NCBI GenBank assembly: GCA_963789265.1
Contig: CAWBKB010000001.1
Span: 1,856,001 to 1,920,000 of the forward strand
Direction: 5' to 3'
DNA length: 64,000 nucleotides
DNA from: an uncultured delta proteobacterium
Lineage (GTDB): Bacteria; Desulfobacterota; Desulfomonilia; Desulfomonilales; Desulfomonilaceae
Shown: positions 1 to 9,330 of the stretch, piece after piece
Numbering within the stretch: position 1 is the stretch's first letter
How the letters are laid out: each line of letters begins with the position of its first letter
The notes under the pieces: generated by a model
What the model was told of the DNA's origin: nothing
Seen by the model: the letters and a program-made list of their open reading frames with translations, nothing else
Databases searched by the model: none
Translations under genes and position numbers: made by a program

Positions 1-2
1 GT

Positions 3-563
3 GGAGGAAGGGAGACACATATTCGTACGACCAGGGGGCTCTTTGGCGGTTATCCGGGGAGTACCAAACCGGGAATTGAGATCCACGACACAGATGTTTG
101 GAAAAAACTGGCCAATGGGGAAAAAGATATCCCGACGTCAACGGCAGAACTTATTACCGACAGGAAAATTGTCGGCCAGTACAAAGTCACCCATAACACT
201 CGCGAATACCACCTTGTAAAGAATGGCGATGTGATCGTCCACCTTAATTCCGGAGGGGCCGGCTATGGAGACGTGCTGTTCCGCGAGCCCGAGAAGGTGA
301 TGGAAGATCTACGAGATCAGATCATATCGCACTGGACCGCTCAGAATGTCTACAAAGTGGCATACGATCGAGAGACTCTCGTACCCGACGTCGAGGCAAC
401 CGAAAGAGAGCGCCGCAAGGAGCGCGAGACTAGGATAGAACGCGGAAAACCCTATCGAGAATTTGAGCGGGAATGGCTGGTGAAACGGGCCCCCGAACAG
501 GCGCTGAAACACTGGGGCACATGGCCGGACGGCAAGCAAACGAAACGTATAGTGAGATTTTGA
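3..563 (+). CDS. Hydantoinase B/oxoprolinase family protein (acetophenone/acetone carboxylase large-subunit-like), 5' truncated by window edge
   Basis: Frame 3 is open from base 3 (GGRETHIRTTRGLFGGYPGS...) into ORF 231..563; GLFGGY and GGAGYGD..R.PEKV..D motifs are typical of the hydantoinase B C-terminus. Confidence 0.85.
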   Translation, partial: GGRETHIRTTRGLFGGYPGSTKPGIEIHDTDVWKKLANGEKDIPTSTAELITDRKIVGQYKVTHNTREYHLVKNGDVIVHLNSGGAGYGDVLFREPEKVMEDLRDQIISHWTAQNVYKVAYDRETLVPDVEATERERRKERETRIERGKPYREFEREWLVKRAPEQALKHWGTWPDGKQTKRIVRF

Positions 564-573
564 GGGAAACACC

Positions 574-1383
574 ATGAAATTGAACGCGGCAATACGAATA
601 AACGTTTCACAAACGGACGCGACCTTTGAAACTGATGAAGGCCGAGCGATACAGGTGGAGTGCGTCAATGGCAAGGATCCTTCTTTCGACTGCTTTGTTC
701 AAGCTATAGAACAGGGGGCTAACATCCTGGAGCAGACGCCTGAAGAGATGGTCAGGCAACTTGCGGTCGTGCGTGTGTCCGTGCCCGCTGTAGCAGACAC
801 GATCGTCGCCAAGAGGCTCGGGACTCGAATTGGGCTGATAGTTACCCGGGCGGAAGAGACCACCGCTCAATGGAAAACAGCCACGGCAGATCCAGAGTTT
901 AATTTTGTCATTTCCCCGGAAATGATAGTCACTGTAAGGGAGGAAGTAAGCGATGCGGGGCAAAGGATCATCGCACCAGATCGCGATGAGATCAGGGACA
1001 AGGTGAGGTACCTGCTCGAACGCGGTGTTGGCGCCCTTGTCGTTAGTTTCCGAAATGGCCGAATCAATCCTGCGAATGAGAAAACAGTTAAAGAGTTCAT
1101 AGAATCGGATTATCCGAGACATTACCTCGGTGCGGTGCCGGTGTTCATAGCGAGTGATTTCTCGGCAGAGCAGGATGACTTCCGCAGGGCCAAGGGCTGC
1201 CTGCTCAATGTCTACTGCTGGGCGGGCGTGGACGATGCAATTGGCAGGATGCAAACCTACCTCAGAGAGCGAAAATTCGTGGGATCTTTCTTTATCTCGG
1301 ACGCCACAGGGGATTCCTTTTCAAGAGCGGGCCTGATCCCTCTCAGCACCTCCGGTGCGCTGGCCTCGCTGCATCTGTCATAG
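574..1383 (+). CDS. Stand-alone hydantoinase A N-terminal-domain protein (acetophenone carboxylase epsilon-subunit-like)
   Basis: 269 aa with GTRIGLIVT, LLERGVGALVVSF, NPANEKTVK and YPRHYLGAVPV segments; SD gaggga; directly follows the hydantoinase B gene. Confidence 0.7.
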   Translation: MKLNAAIRINVSQTDATFETDEGRAIQVECVNGKDPSFDCFVQAIEQGANILEQTPEEMVRQLAVVRVSVPAVADTIVAKRLGTRIGLIVTRAEETTAQWKTATADPEFNFVISPEMIVTVREEVSDAGQRIIAPDRDEIRDKVRYLLERGVGALVVSFRNGRINPANEKTVKEFIESDYPRHYLGAVPVFIASDFSAEQDDFRRAKGCLLNVYCWAGVDDAIGRMQTYLRERKFVGSFFISDATGDSFSRAGLIPLSTSGALASLHLS

Positions 1384-1417
1384 GCACGGCAGCCGTCGCG
1401 AAGGAGTTCAAGCCGGT

Positions 1418-2680
1418 ATGGCGAAGACAATCGTAATAATTGGTTCACTGGATACCAAGGGAGAGCAAATTCGGTTTCTGAAAGATCGAGTTCAAGCCAG
1501 AGGCCATCGGGCGCTCATCATGGACGTGAGCATGGGGTCAAGCTCTGGATTCGAAGGAGATATTACCCCTCGAGAGATCGCGAGTCTTGTGGGCAAAGAC
1601 ATTGCCGAGATCGTGGGATCCGATGACAGACTCTTCAAGACAGATGTCATGACCGCTGGCGCTCGGCAGAAAATGCTCGACCTCCTTGCAAAAGGCGAGG
1701 TAGATGGAGCTGTGGCGCTGGGAGGGGCCACGATCACGCTCCTTGGGTCCCGCGCGATGCAAGTGCTTCCCTTCGGAATCCCCAAGGTGATTGCGACGTC
1801 CGCGGCCATGCCCGTGTATGTCAGTCAGTGGTTCGAGGCTATGGATATCCTCGTCATGCAGATAATCATGGAATTCACCGGGATGAATGAATTGCTCACA
1901 CACGCACTCGGGCAAGTGGCGGGGGTTATTTCGGGCATCGTAGAAGAAAGCCGTCATCCTTCATCGCTTCGCCTGCCTTACCCCTCAATCGCCATAACCG
2001 AAATAGGGTTTTCTCCTCAATGCACACGGCAAGTCGAGAGTCTGCTCGAGGCCAACCAGTGGAACGTGTTCACCTTTCATGCCCAGGGTATCAGCGACAG
2101 GGCAATGGATCGTCTTATTTCCCAAGGTTTTTTTGACGGCGTCATTGACGTCGTGCCCGCCGGCGTCATCGAGGAAATGTTCGGCGGCAATCGTGCTGCG
2201 GGAAAAGAAAGGCTTGATGCAGTCTGCGAAAGAGGTATTCCGATGGTGCTCGCCCCCTGCTGCATTAATCTAACCGGGTGCGGAGCCACTCGAACCAATC
2301 GCGAGAAGTATGCTTCCAGACCCCATATAAAAATAGATGAATTAAGGGCCATGACACGTTTTGACGATGGAGAACTCACCGCGGCTGCGCGGGCTTACGC
2401 TGATAAGCTGAACAGAGCAAAGGGACCGGTGCGCTTCGTGGTGCCCTTGAAGGGTTGGTCTGCCATCGATAGGGAAGGTACCGTTCTATACAATCCGGAA
2501 AAGGACCGGATATTCATTGACAAGCTTAGGGAAAAGCTCAATCCGAGCATCCGGATCGTGGAAGTTCCAAACAACCTGGAAGACATGGACTTTGCCAGGG
2601 CGCTTGTTGATAACTTTACCGAGATTTTCAACGGACAAACCACCGATGACCGTGGCCGGAAGGCCGCAGGGGTAGAATAG
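1418..2680 (+). CDS. Tm-1-like ATP-binding domain protein (UPF0261)
   Basis: Starts MAKTIVIIGSLDTKGE; LPFGIPKVI, FHAQG, PLKGWSAID motifs; SD aaggag at 1401. Confidence 0.9.
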   Translation: MAKTIVIIGSLDTKGEQIRFLKDRVQARGHRALIMDVSMGSSSGFEGDITPREIASLVGKDIAEIVGSDDRLFKTDVMTAGARQKMLDLLAKGEVDGAVALGGATITLLGSRAMQVLPFGIPKVIATSAAMPVYVSQWFEAMDILVMQIIMEFTGMNELLTHALGQVAGVISGIVEESRHPSSLRLPYPSIAITEIGFSPQCTRQVESLLEANQWNVFTFHAQGISDRAMDRLISQGFFDGVIDVVPAGVIEEMFGGNRAAGKERLDAVCERGIPMVLAPCCINLTGCGATRTNREKYASRPHIKIDELRAMTRFDDGELTAAARAYADKLNRAKGPVRFVVPLKGWSAIDREGTVLYNPEKDRIFIDKLREKLNPSIRIVEVPNNLEDMDFARALVDNFTEIFNGQTTDDRGRKAAGVE

Positions 2681-2855
2681 GATCAAAGAAAAAGGTGACT
2701 GTTCACAGGGAAAGCGGCCTGTCCGCCTTTGAACTCGGCCGCCAGAGACGCCGGCCCCACCTGCAACCGTAGGAACGCCCTCCGTGCCGGTTCCCGGATG
2801 CCGGTAAACCGTCACGAAAGAAATTCAGCCGGGGTCAAGGCAAGGGAGATGATGG

Positions 2856-4295
2856 ATGGCAGGTATTCTTTCGTACGGAACATATATCCCTCTTTGGCGA
2901 CTGAGCCGGACAATGATCGAGCCTGGCGGAAAAGGTGAGAAAGTCGTTGCCGGGTATGACGAGGACAGCGTCACGATGGGCGTTGCCGCCGGTCTGGAGT
3001 GTCTCAAGGGATTGAACAGGCAGTCCGTCGACGGCTTGTATTTCGCTTCGACGACGGCTCCGTATAAAGAGAAACTCGCGGCAACCATTGTGGCGACAGC
3101 TCTGGACCTGCGCCGGGACTTGCTGGTGGCTGATTTTGCCAATTCCTTGAGAGCCGGGACGATAGCGCTCAGGGCGGCTCTTGATGCGGTCAAGGCCGGC
3201 ACGGCGGGTCAGGTGCTGGTAGTTGCGGCGGATTGTCGCCTGGGTGCTCCTGGGTCTGAATGGGAGCAGAAGTGTGCTGACGGTGCGGCGGCCGTGCTGA
3301 TAGGCGGATCGGGGCTGATTTCTGAGGCGGGGCACTGCTTCTCGGTCTGTGATGAAATACTCGACGTGTGGCGGTCGCAAGAAGATCGTTTCGTCCGGGC
3401 ATGGGAGAACCGGTTCGTGGCTGCCGAAGGGTACGTCAGAGTGACAAGAGATGCAGTGACGGGTTTGATGACAAAGTACGGTCTCAGCCCCGACGAATTC
3501 ACCAAGATTGTGATTGCAGTGCCTGATAAGCGGAGGCAGGCTCAGCTTGCCGGAATACTCGGATTTGATGCCGCGAGGCATTTGCAAGATTCTTTGCTGG
3601 ATTCGGTCGGGGACTGCGGCACTGCATATCCGCTCATGCTCCTCGCTTCCGCACTGGAACGGGCGGCCGCGGGCGACACGATCCTCCTGTCCGCATACGG
3701 AAACGGGAGCGACGCCTATACGTTCAAAGTAACAGACCGGGCAGCCGCACCAGTGGACAGGCGCACCATAGACGACTACCTGCTGTCAAAGAAGACAATT
3801 CCCAGCTATGCCGCATACCTGCACTGGAAAGGGCTATTGCCGGAGCAGAATCCGCCATATCCTCTCGGCGAGATATCTGCTCCTGCGCTATGGAGGGAGC
3901 GTGAACAGAATATGCGGCTCTATGCAGGCAGATGCACGGTATGCGGCGCCATCCAGCATCCTCCGCAGAGGGTCTGCGTCAAATGTCGGGCCAAAGACCA
4001 GTTCGAATACGTGAGACTTTCCGACAAGAGGGGCGAATTGGTCACCTACTCGGTTGATTACGTGGAAGGCAATTCAGGCGTGCCCGCAGTCCTCTGCGTC
4101 GTCAACTTCGAGGGCGGAGGCCGGATAGACTGCTCCATGACAGATTGGACTACTCTTGAGGAGATTAAGATCGGCATGACCTTGGAGATGACCTTCAGGA
4201 AACTCTATGTGAGGGACGGAATCCATCAGTATCTCTGGAAATGCGCGCCACCGAGGACATGCGGATCGACAGGGAACAGCCAATGGAAAGCATAA
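2856..4295 (+). CDS. HMG-CoA-synthase-like (thiolase-fold) protein fused to DUF35 zinc-ribbon/OB-fold
   Basis: N-terminal GILSYGTYIP and DEDSVTMG; C-terminal CTVCG..QHPPQRVCVKC and VVNFEGGGR, MTFRK. Confidence 0.85.
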   Translation: MAGILSYGTYIPLWRLSRTMIEPGGKGEKVVAGYDEDSVTMGVAAGLECLKGLNRQSVDGLYFASTTAPYKEKLAATIVATALDLRRDLLVADFANSLRAGTIALRAALDAVKAGTAGQVLVVAADCRLGAPGSEWEQKCADGAAAVLIGGSGLISEAGHCFSVCDEILDVWRSQEDRFVRAWENRFVAAEGYVRVTRDAVTGLMTKYGLSPDEFTKIVIAVPDKRRQAQLAGILGFDAARHLQDSLLDSVGDCGTAYPLMLLASALERAAAGDTILLSAYGNGSDAYTFKVTDRAAAPVDRRTIDDYLLSKKTIPSYAAYLHWKGLLPEQNPPYPLGEISAPALWREREQNMRLYAGRCTVCGAIQHPPQRVCVKCRAKDQFEYVRLSDKRGELVTYSVDYVEGNSGVPAVLCVVNFEGGGRIDCSMTDWTTLEEIKIGMTLEMTFRKLYVRDGIHQYLWKCAPPRTCGSTGNSQWKA

Positions 4296-5464
4296 AAGAC
4301 AAAGTTGCCGTCATCGGTATGGGCTGCACGCAGTTCGGTGAGTTGTGGGACAAAGGTCCGCACGACCTTATCGTCGATGCTTGTTCCGAGGCGCTCGAGG
4401 ATGCGGGGATCGAATCCACCGACATACAGCATGCGTGGTTTGCCAGTCTCGTGTCCGGCGCGTCAGGGGCTCGCCTGTCAAGCGCATTCAAGCTCCCGTA
4501 TATACCTATTACCCGGGTCGAGAACTTCTGTTCAGGCGGCAGCCATGCTTTCGGAAACGCGTGCTACGCTGTTGCCGCAGGTGTATGCGATATCGCTCTT
4601 GCCTGTGGGGTGGAGAAATTAAAGGACCGCCCCGGCGGTTTCGCTTATCCGAACCCCGAGCCGTTCGACTCAAGCAAAATCATATCCGAGTTGCTCCCGG
4701 CAAACATGTTCGCTCATATTGCCGTCAAGTACTTCGAAGAGAAGAGTTGGACCTGTGAAGAAGGCAGGCGGATTCTGGCCAAGATCGCGGTAAAGAACCA
4801 TCATAACGGGACGCTCAATCCTAAAGCCCATCTTCATCGCGAGATCACGGAAGACGACGTGCTGAGAGCTCCTATGGTGGTCTACCCCTTTGGACTTTAT
4901 GACTGCTGTGGTGTCAGTGACGGAGCGGCCGCGGCAATCATCTGTAGGGCCGACATGGCCAAAAGCTTTCGCGACGACTACGTACTGGTCAAGGCTGTAT
5001 CCTTTGCTTCCGGATCCGGTGAATCGCGCTTCTGCGACGACTATGACTATCTCGACATCCCTGAGACCACAATAGCTGCCAAAAGGGCGTATGAGCAAGC
5101 CGGAATAAAGAACCCGCGCAAGGAGATTTCCCTTGCCGAGATTCATGATTGCTTCACCATCCACGAGTTAGTCCTGTACGAGCAGCTTGGTTTCAGCCCG
5201 CGATTGAAGGCTTCGCAAGACGTTGAAGCAGAGGCCTTTACGTTGAATGGAGAACTGCCGGTCAATCCCGACGGCGGTCTGAAATGCTTCGGCCACCCGC
5301 TTTCCGCGACCGGCTTGCGTATGATTTACGAGGTGTACAAGCAGCTTCAAGGAAAGGCGGGCCAGCGACAGATCAAGAATGCATCAATAGGACTTACTCA
5401 GAATGTCGGAGGAATGGTGGGGTTCTTCAACGCGGCTGTACTGCTCTTCGGCACGAGGTCATAA
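4283..5464 (+). CDS. Thiolase / acetyl-CoA acetyltransferase (SCP2-thiolase type)
   Basis: VENFCSGG, AEIHDCFT and GHPLSATG motifs; start overlaps the upstream gene end. Confidence 0.9.
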   Translation: MESIKDKVAVIGMGCTQFGELWDKGPHDLIVDACSEALEDAGIESTDIQHAWFASLVSGASGARLSSAFKLPYIPITRVENFCSGGSHAFGNACYAVAAGVCDIALACGVEKLKDRPGGFAYPNPEPFDSSKIISELLPANMFAHIAVKYFEEKSWTCEEGRRILAKIAVKNHHNGTLNPKAHLHREITEDDVLRAPMVVYPFGLYDCCGVSDGAAAAIICRADMAKSFRDDYVLVKAVSFASGSGESRFCDDYDYLDIPETTIAAKRAYEQAGIKNPRKEISLAEIHDCFTIHELVLYEQLGFSPRLKASQDVEAEAFTLNGELPVNPDGGLKCFGHPLSATGLRMIYEVYKQLQGKAGQRQIKNASIGLTQNVGGMVGFFNAAVLLFGTRS

Positions 5465-5482
5465 ACTGTCAGGGGGTTTGTA

Positions 5483-7075
5483 ATGGAAGTTTCCGTACCA
5501 AGGGTCCTGGGAGAACTGATCGCGGACAGGGCAAAGACGAACAAGGATAGAATCTTCCTACGTTTCAAGGACCGGAATATTACTTATGGACAGATCGATC
5601 GTTTCTCGAACCGCTGTGCTAACGCATTTCAAGAGTTGGGAATAGCCAAAGGGGACAAGGTGAGCATTATGCTCCCGAACTGCCCCGAGTTTCTATATGT
5701 CTGGTTCGGCCTGGCAAAGTGCGGAGCAGTGGAAGTTCCGGCCAATACATCCTATAAGGGGGAGTTCCTGAGGCATATTGTCGATCAGTCGGATTCCAGG
5801 TTCCTTGTCATAGCTAATGAATTTCTGGACCGCCTGACGCTGATCCAGGATCGGTTGAAGAAGCTCGAAAAGGTGATAGTCCTGGGAGGACCGCCAAAAC
5901 GGGAAGGTAACGGACTAAAGTTCCCTATCATGGGCTTTGATGACTTCTTCGACACCAGCGACTCTCCGGTCGATATAGTGGTCCATCCCTCCGACTCGCT
6001 CAGCATAATCTACACTTCGGGGACAACCGGCGTCTCAAAGGGTGCCTTGGGATCCCATAATTTCTGGATAATCTGCGCTGAAAAAATGCTTGCGTACAGG
6101 GAAGGCGGAAAGGAAGACATTTTCCTGACCTTCTTGCCGCTATATCATTTCAATGCACAAGTCCTCACCACTGTTACAGTTCTTGTGGCGGAAGCGGAGA
6201 TGGTCCTCCTGGACCGCTTCAGTGCGTCTCGTTTCTGGGATGAGGTACGTCATTACGGAGCAACTCAGTTCAACTATCTGGGAGCGGTGATGCCGATTCT
6301 GGCCAAGCAGCCCGAGCGGAATGACGACGCGGACAACCCGGCCCGCATTGCCCTGGGCGCAGGGTGTCCTCCGTCAGTTATGGAAGAAGTGGAAAAAAGA
6401 TTCGGCATAAAGTGCTTGGAAGGATTCGGCATGACGGAGATAGGTATTCCGATCCATGTGGACGCCGGCGACAGGAGGCACGGTTCCTGTGGAAAACCGA
6501 TGGATATCTACGAGGTAAAATTATTTGACGATCATGACAAAGAGGTACCGGCAGGAGAAATTGGCGAGATCGTATTTCGGCCTCGGGTACCGTTCGTGAT
6601 GATGTCCGAATATTACAACATGCCTGAAAAGACCGTGGAAGCCTGCCGGAATCTGTGGTTTCACACCGGCGATTTGGCCAAGAAGGATGAAGACGGTTAC
6701 TTCTATTTTGTTGACAGAAAGAAAGATGCACTCAGAAGACGGGGGGAAAACATTTCTTCTTTCGAGGTGGAGAGGGCGATCAATACGCATCCCGGAATTC
6801 TCGAATCAGCAGCCGTTGCTGTCCAATCCGAGTTAGCCGAAGATGAGGTGAAAATATGCGTTGTGCTGAAGCCGGGCGAGACCCTCGCCCCCGAAGAGTT
6901 GGTGGCGTATGCCAATGACAGGATGCCTTACTTCGCTGTGCCGCGATATGTGGAATTTATGGAGAGTCTGCCGAAGACCCCGACGGAGCGGGTGCAAAAA
7001 TATTTACTCAAACAGGCAGGCGTTACGGCGAACACATGGGATAGGGAAAAGGCCGGGGTGAAAGTTTCAAGATGA
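5483..7075 (+). CDS. ATP-dependent acyl-CoA ligase (CaiC-like)
   Basis: IYTSGTTGVSKG, EGFGMTE, WFHTGD, RRRGENISSFEVE, LPKTPTERVQK. Confidence 0.92.
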   Translation: MEVSVPRVLGELIADRAKTNKDRIFLRFKDRNITYGQIDRFSNRCANAFQELGIAKGDKVSIMLPNCPEFLYVWFGLAKCGAVEVPANTSYKGEFLRHIVDQSDSRFLVIANEFLDRLTLIQDRLKKLEKVIVLGGPPKREGNGLKFPIMGFDDFFDTSDSPVDIVVHPSDSLSIIYTSGTTGVSKGALGSHNFWIICAEKMLAYREGGKEDIFLTFLPLYHFNAQVLTTVTVLVAEAEMVLLDRFSASRFWDEVRHYGATQFNYLGAVMPILAKQPERNDDADNPARIALGAGCPPSVMEEVEKRFGIKCLEGFGMTEIGIPIHVDAGDRRHGSCGKPMDIYEVKLFDDHDKEVPAGEIGEIVFRPRVPFVMMSEYYNMPEKTVEACRNLWFHTGDLAKKDEDGYFYFVDRKKDALRRRGENISSFEVERAINTHPGILESAAVAVQSELAEDEVKICVVLKPGETLAPEELVAYANDRMPYFAVPRYVEFMESLPKTPTERVQKYLLKQAGVTANTWDREKAGVKVSR

Positions 7076-7155
7076 CGGTGTGCGAATACCGGCCGGGGTT
7101 TTCGATTCCAAGAGGTGCCGGGAAGAGGGCAACAGGCAATTTGAACTAAACTTGG

Positions 7156-7173
7156 CTTATGACTTCATAAGCA
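7156..7173. promoter_or_regulatory. Palindromic candidate operator CTTATGACTTCATAAGCA
   Basis: Near-perfect inverted repeat (GCTTATGA-CT-TCATAAGC); 16/18 match at 20608-20625. Confidence 0.5.
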
Positions 7174-7281
7174 AATGGCTCTTGCCTAAGTCTTTGCATG
7201 TGCTAAAAAAGTCAAATCAAGAGATGAACGCCTGCCGGCGGACAGCTTTCCGATTCCCCTGCCGTGCGCTGTTCCGTACCG

Positions 7282-7380
7282 GAGATAGCAGTATCAGGGT
7301 CATAGACAAGTAACTCTTTTTCCATCATTTCTCCACCTGTTGTTGTTCTGGGTCCGAGATAGCAGTGTCAATGTCATAGA
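7282..7380 (+). repeat. Two 25-bp direct repeats (22/25 identical), 74 bp apart
   Basis: GAGATAGCAGTATCAGGGTCATAGA at 7282-7306 and GAGATAGCAGTGTCAATGTCATAGA at 7356-7380. Confidence 0.75.
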
Positions 7381-7784
7381 TATGGTCTGTGCCACGGCTT
7401 GTGTCTGATATGTCATGAGCCCTCGGCGGCGATTTTCCGCTCCCAATAGTGTCGGACCGTTGGAGACAATGCCTGGGATCTCGGCGATGAGAATAGATCC
7501 GACGAATCAGCTCTTCGACCCGATGGTAAACCGGTATGACGAGATAAGGGCTGAAAGGAGGTGGATAACTGCGGGTACTGAATGCGATTTCCCGGATGAT
7601 CCAGCCTTTTCGGCGGCGGATGACCGCCAAAGGGCACTCTTTAGGGACTGAGTGAGAGGGGGAGTCTCCGCGTGAAATGAAAATCGGGAACATAGGGACG
7701 CCCGGCTTTGGTGGCGTGGAGAGACTCTGCGAGTCGCGGAAGAGGCTCCTTGAACCACTCCCAAACGGACAAGGAGGAGCACTT

Positions 7785-9095
7785 ATGAAATATTATCAAA
7801 AACTCACAATCCTGCTCGGCTTAATCTGGGGCTTCATCGCGATCCAACGAGTCGTTATCGCCATCATCATGCCTGCAATTCAAGCAGACATGAAGTTCAC
7901 TTACACGGACGTCGGCATGATCATATCAATCACCGGCCTCGTCTGGGCTTTCGGAACTATTATCTGGGCAAGCATCGGCGATAAATACGGGCGCCGGCCT
8001 GTGATCGTCTTTTGTGCCATTCTTGCTTCCGTGTTTTCCTTTGCCACCGGATTGGTAAACACCTTGGCCCAAATGCTGGCTATTCGGGGTACCCTGGGTT
8101 TTTTTGAAGGTGGCCCCTGGGGCCCGGCTGTCGCCTCCGTAGGAGAAGAAGCGCCTGAAGACCGGAGAGGAATGCTGGTAGGTTTCATCCCGGGCAGTTT
8201 CATGCTCATCGGTGTGTGCTTGGGTCCCATGCTCGCCGTCTGGCTTTTGGGCCACTTCGGCTCTTGGCGGCCGGTCTTCTACATCATATCCGCACCTGGC
8301 GTCATCCTGGCCATCATCTGCGCTTTCTTTATGCATGAACCGCCTTCAGTGGCAGAGGGCATCAAAGCGCGGAAGGAAGGTCGGGAGAGGATCGTGACCC
8401 AACAGGGCCAGAAGGTGAAACTGACCGACGTGCTCAAGTACAAGAACGTGATCGTATCGACTATCAACAGCATCCCCGTCATGGCTTGGCTCTGGATTTA
8501 CAGCGGCTTTTCCGCTTTATTTCTTGCCAAGGTTCATCACCTCAGCATGCAGTCGATCGGTCTCGCGATGGCCGCCTCCGGTCTGGGTGGATTCATCGGC
8601 ATGGTAATGATGGGCCGCCTTTCGGACGGCATAGGGCGCAAATCTGCAATGATTCTTGCCGGGCTCCTTTGTTGCGTGTCCGGTCTGGCCATAATCGCAA
8701 TGCCGATTGGTGGGTCTTTAGCGGTATTCTGCGTGCTGTACTTCTTCTGGGGGATGTTCGGCGGTTCCTCCTTTCCGCTCTATCTTGGCACCCTGCCGAC
8801 AGAGGCCGTACCTCCCGAATTTGCAGGAACAGCCGTTGGTGTCCCTACCGCAGTGGGTGAGATTCTGGGAGCAGCCGTTATGCCTACCATCGCCGGCGCT
8901 CTGGCGGATAAGTTCAGCCTCTATGCCCCCATGTGGATGGCAGCTATAGCAGGGTTAGTGATTATGATCGTCTCTCTCGCTTATGTGGAAACCGCTCCAA
9001 AGAAGCTTGCAAAAATGGCGGTAAAGCCGACCCGCGAAGATCATTTGCTGAAACCGTTCAGGGGGAAAGAGTTTGCGGACCTCCCCGAGGTTTAG
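7785..9095 (+). CDS. MFS transporter
   Basis: About 12 hydrophobic segments; GDKYGRR and SDGIGRK motif A; SD aaggagga at 7771. Confidence 0.92.
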   Translation: MKYYQKLTILLGLIWGFIAIQRVVIAIIMPAIQADMKFTYTDVGMIISITGLVWAFGTIIWASIGDKYGRRPVIVFCAILASVFSFATGLVNTLAQMLAIRGTLGFFEGGPWGPAVASVGEEAPEDRRGMLVGFIPGSFMLIGVCLGPMLAVWLLGHFGSWRPVFYIISAPGVILAIICAFFMHEPPSVAEGIKARKEGRERIVTQQGQKVKLTDVLKYKNVIVSTINSIPVMAWLWIYSGFSALFLAKVHHLSMQSIGLAMAASGLGGFIGMVMMGRLSDGIGRKSAMILAGLLCCVSGLAIIAMPIGGSLAVFCVLYFFWGMFGGSSFPLYLGTLPTEAVPPEFAGTAVGVPTAVGEILGAAVMPTIAGALADKFSLYAPMWMAAIAGLVIMIVSLAYVETAPKKLAKMAVKPTREDHLLKPFRGKEFADLPEV

Positions 9096-9330
9096 TTTCA
9101 TCCGGACGGACCTTCACTTCTAAGGCCGTTCAGGGCGAGACAGCAAGTGGCTGATGTGTCCCTAACGATGTCCCTTGCTCGTTGCTTGGTTCACCACGAG
9201 GAGGGGATGCAGTTTCGATGGAGGCCGGATGCCCAGCCGCAATTGTGTCTTGTACAAACGTGAGCGAGATAAGATGGTACGGGACCTCCAACAACCAAAG
9301 GGACATGCATAATGAAATAGAGGGAGACGA

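Noticed and set aside
1..219. ORF 1..219 as a separate gene
   Set aside because: Wrong frame; frame 3 is open from base 3 and carries the hydantoinase B motifs
7282..7380. Mini CRISPR array
   Set aside because: Only two imperfect, non-palindromic repeats and no cas genes in the window
7415..7651. 78-aa ORF upstream of the MFS
   Set aside because: No recognisable family or clear SD; may be spurious or decayed
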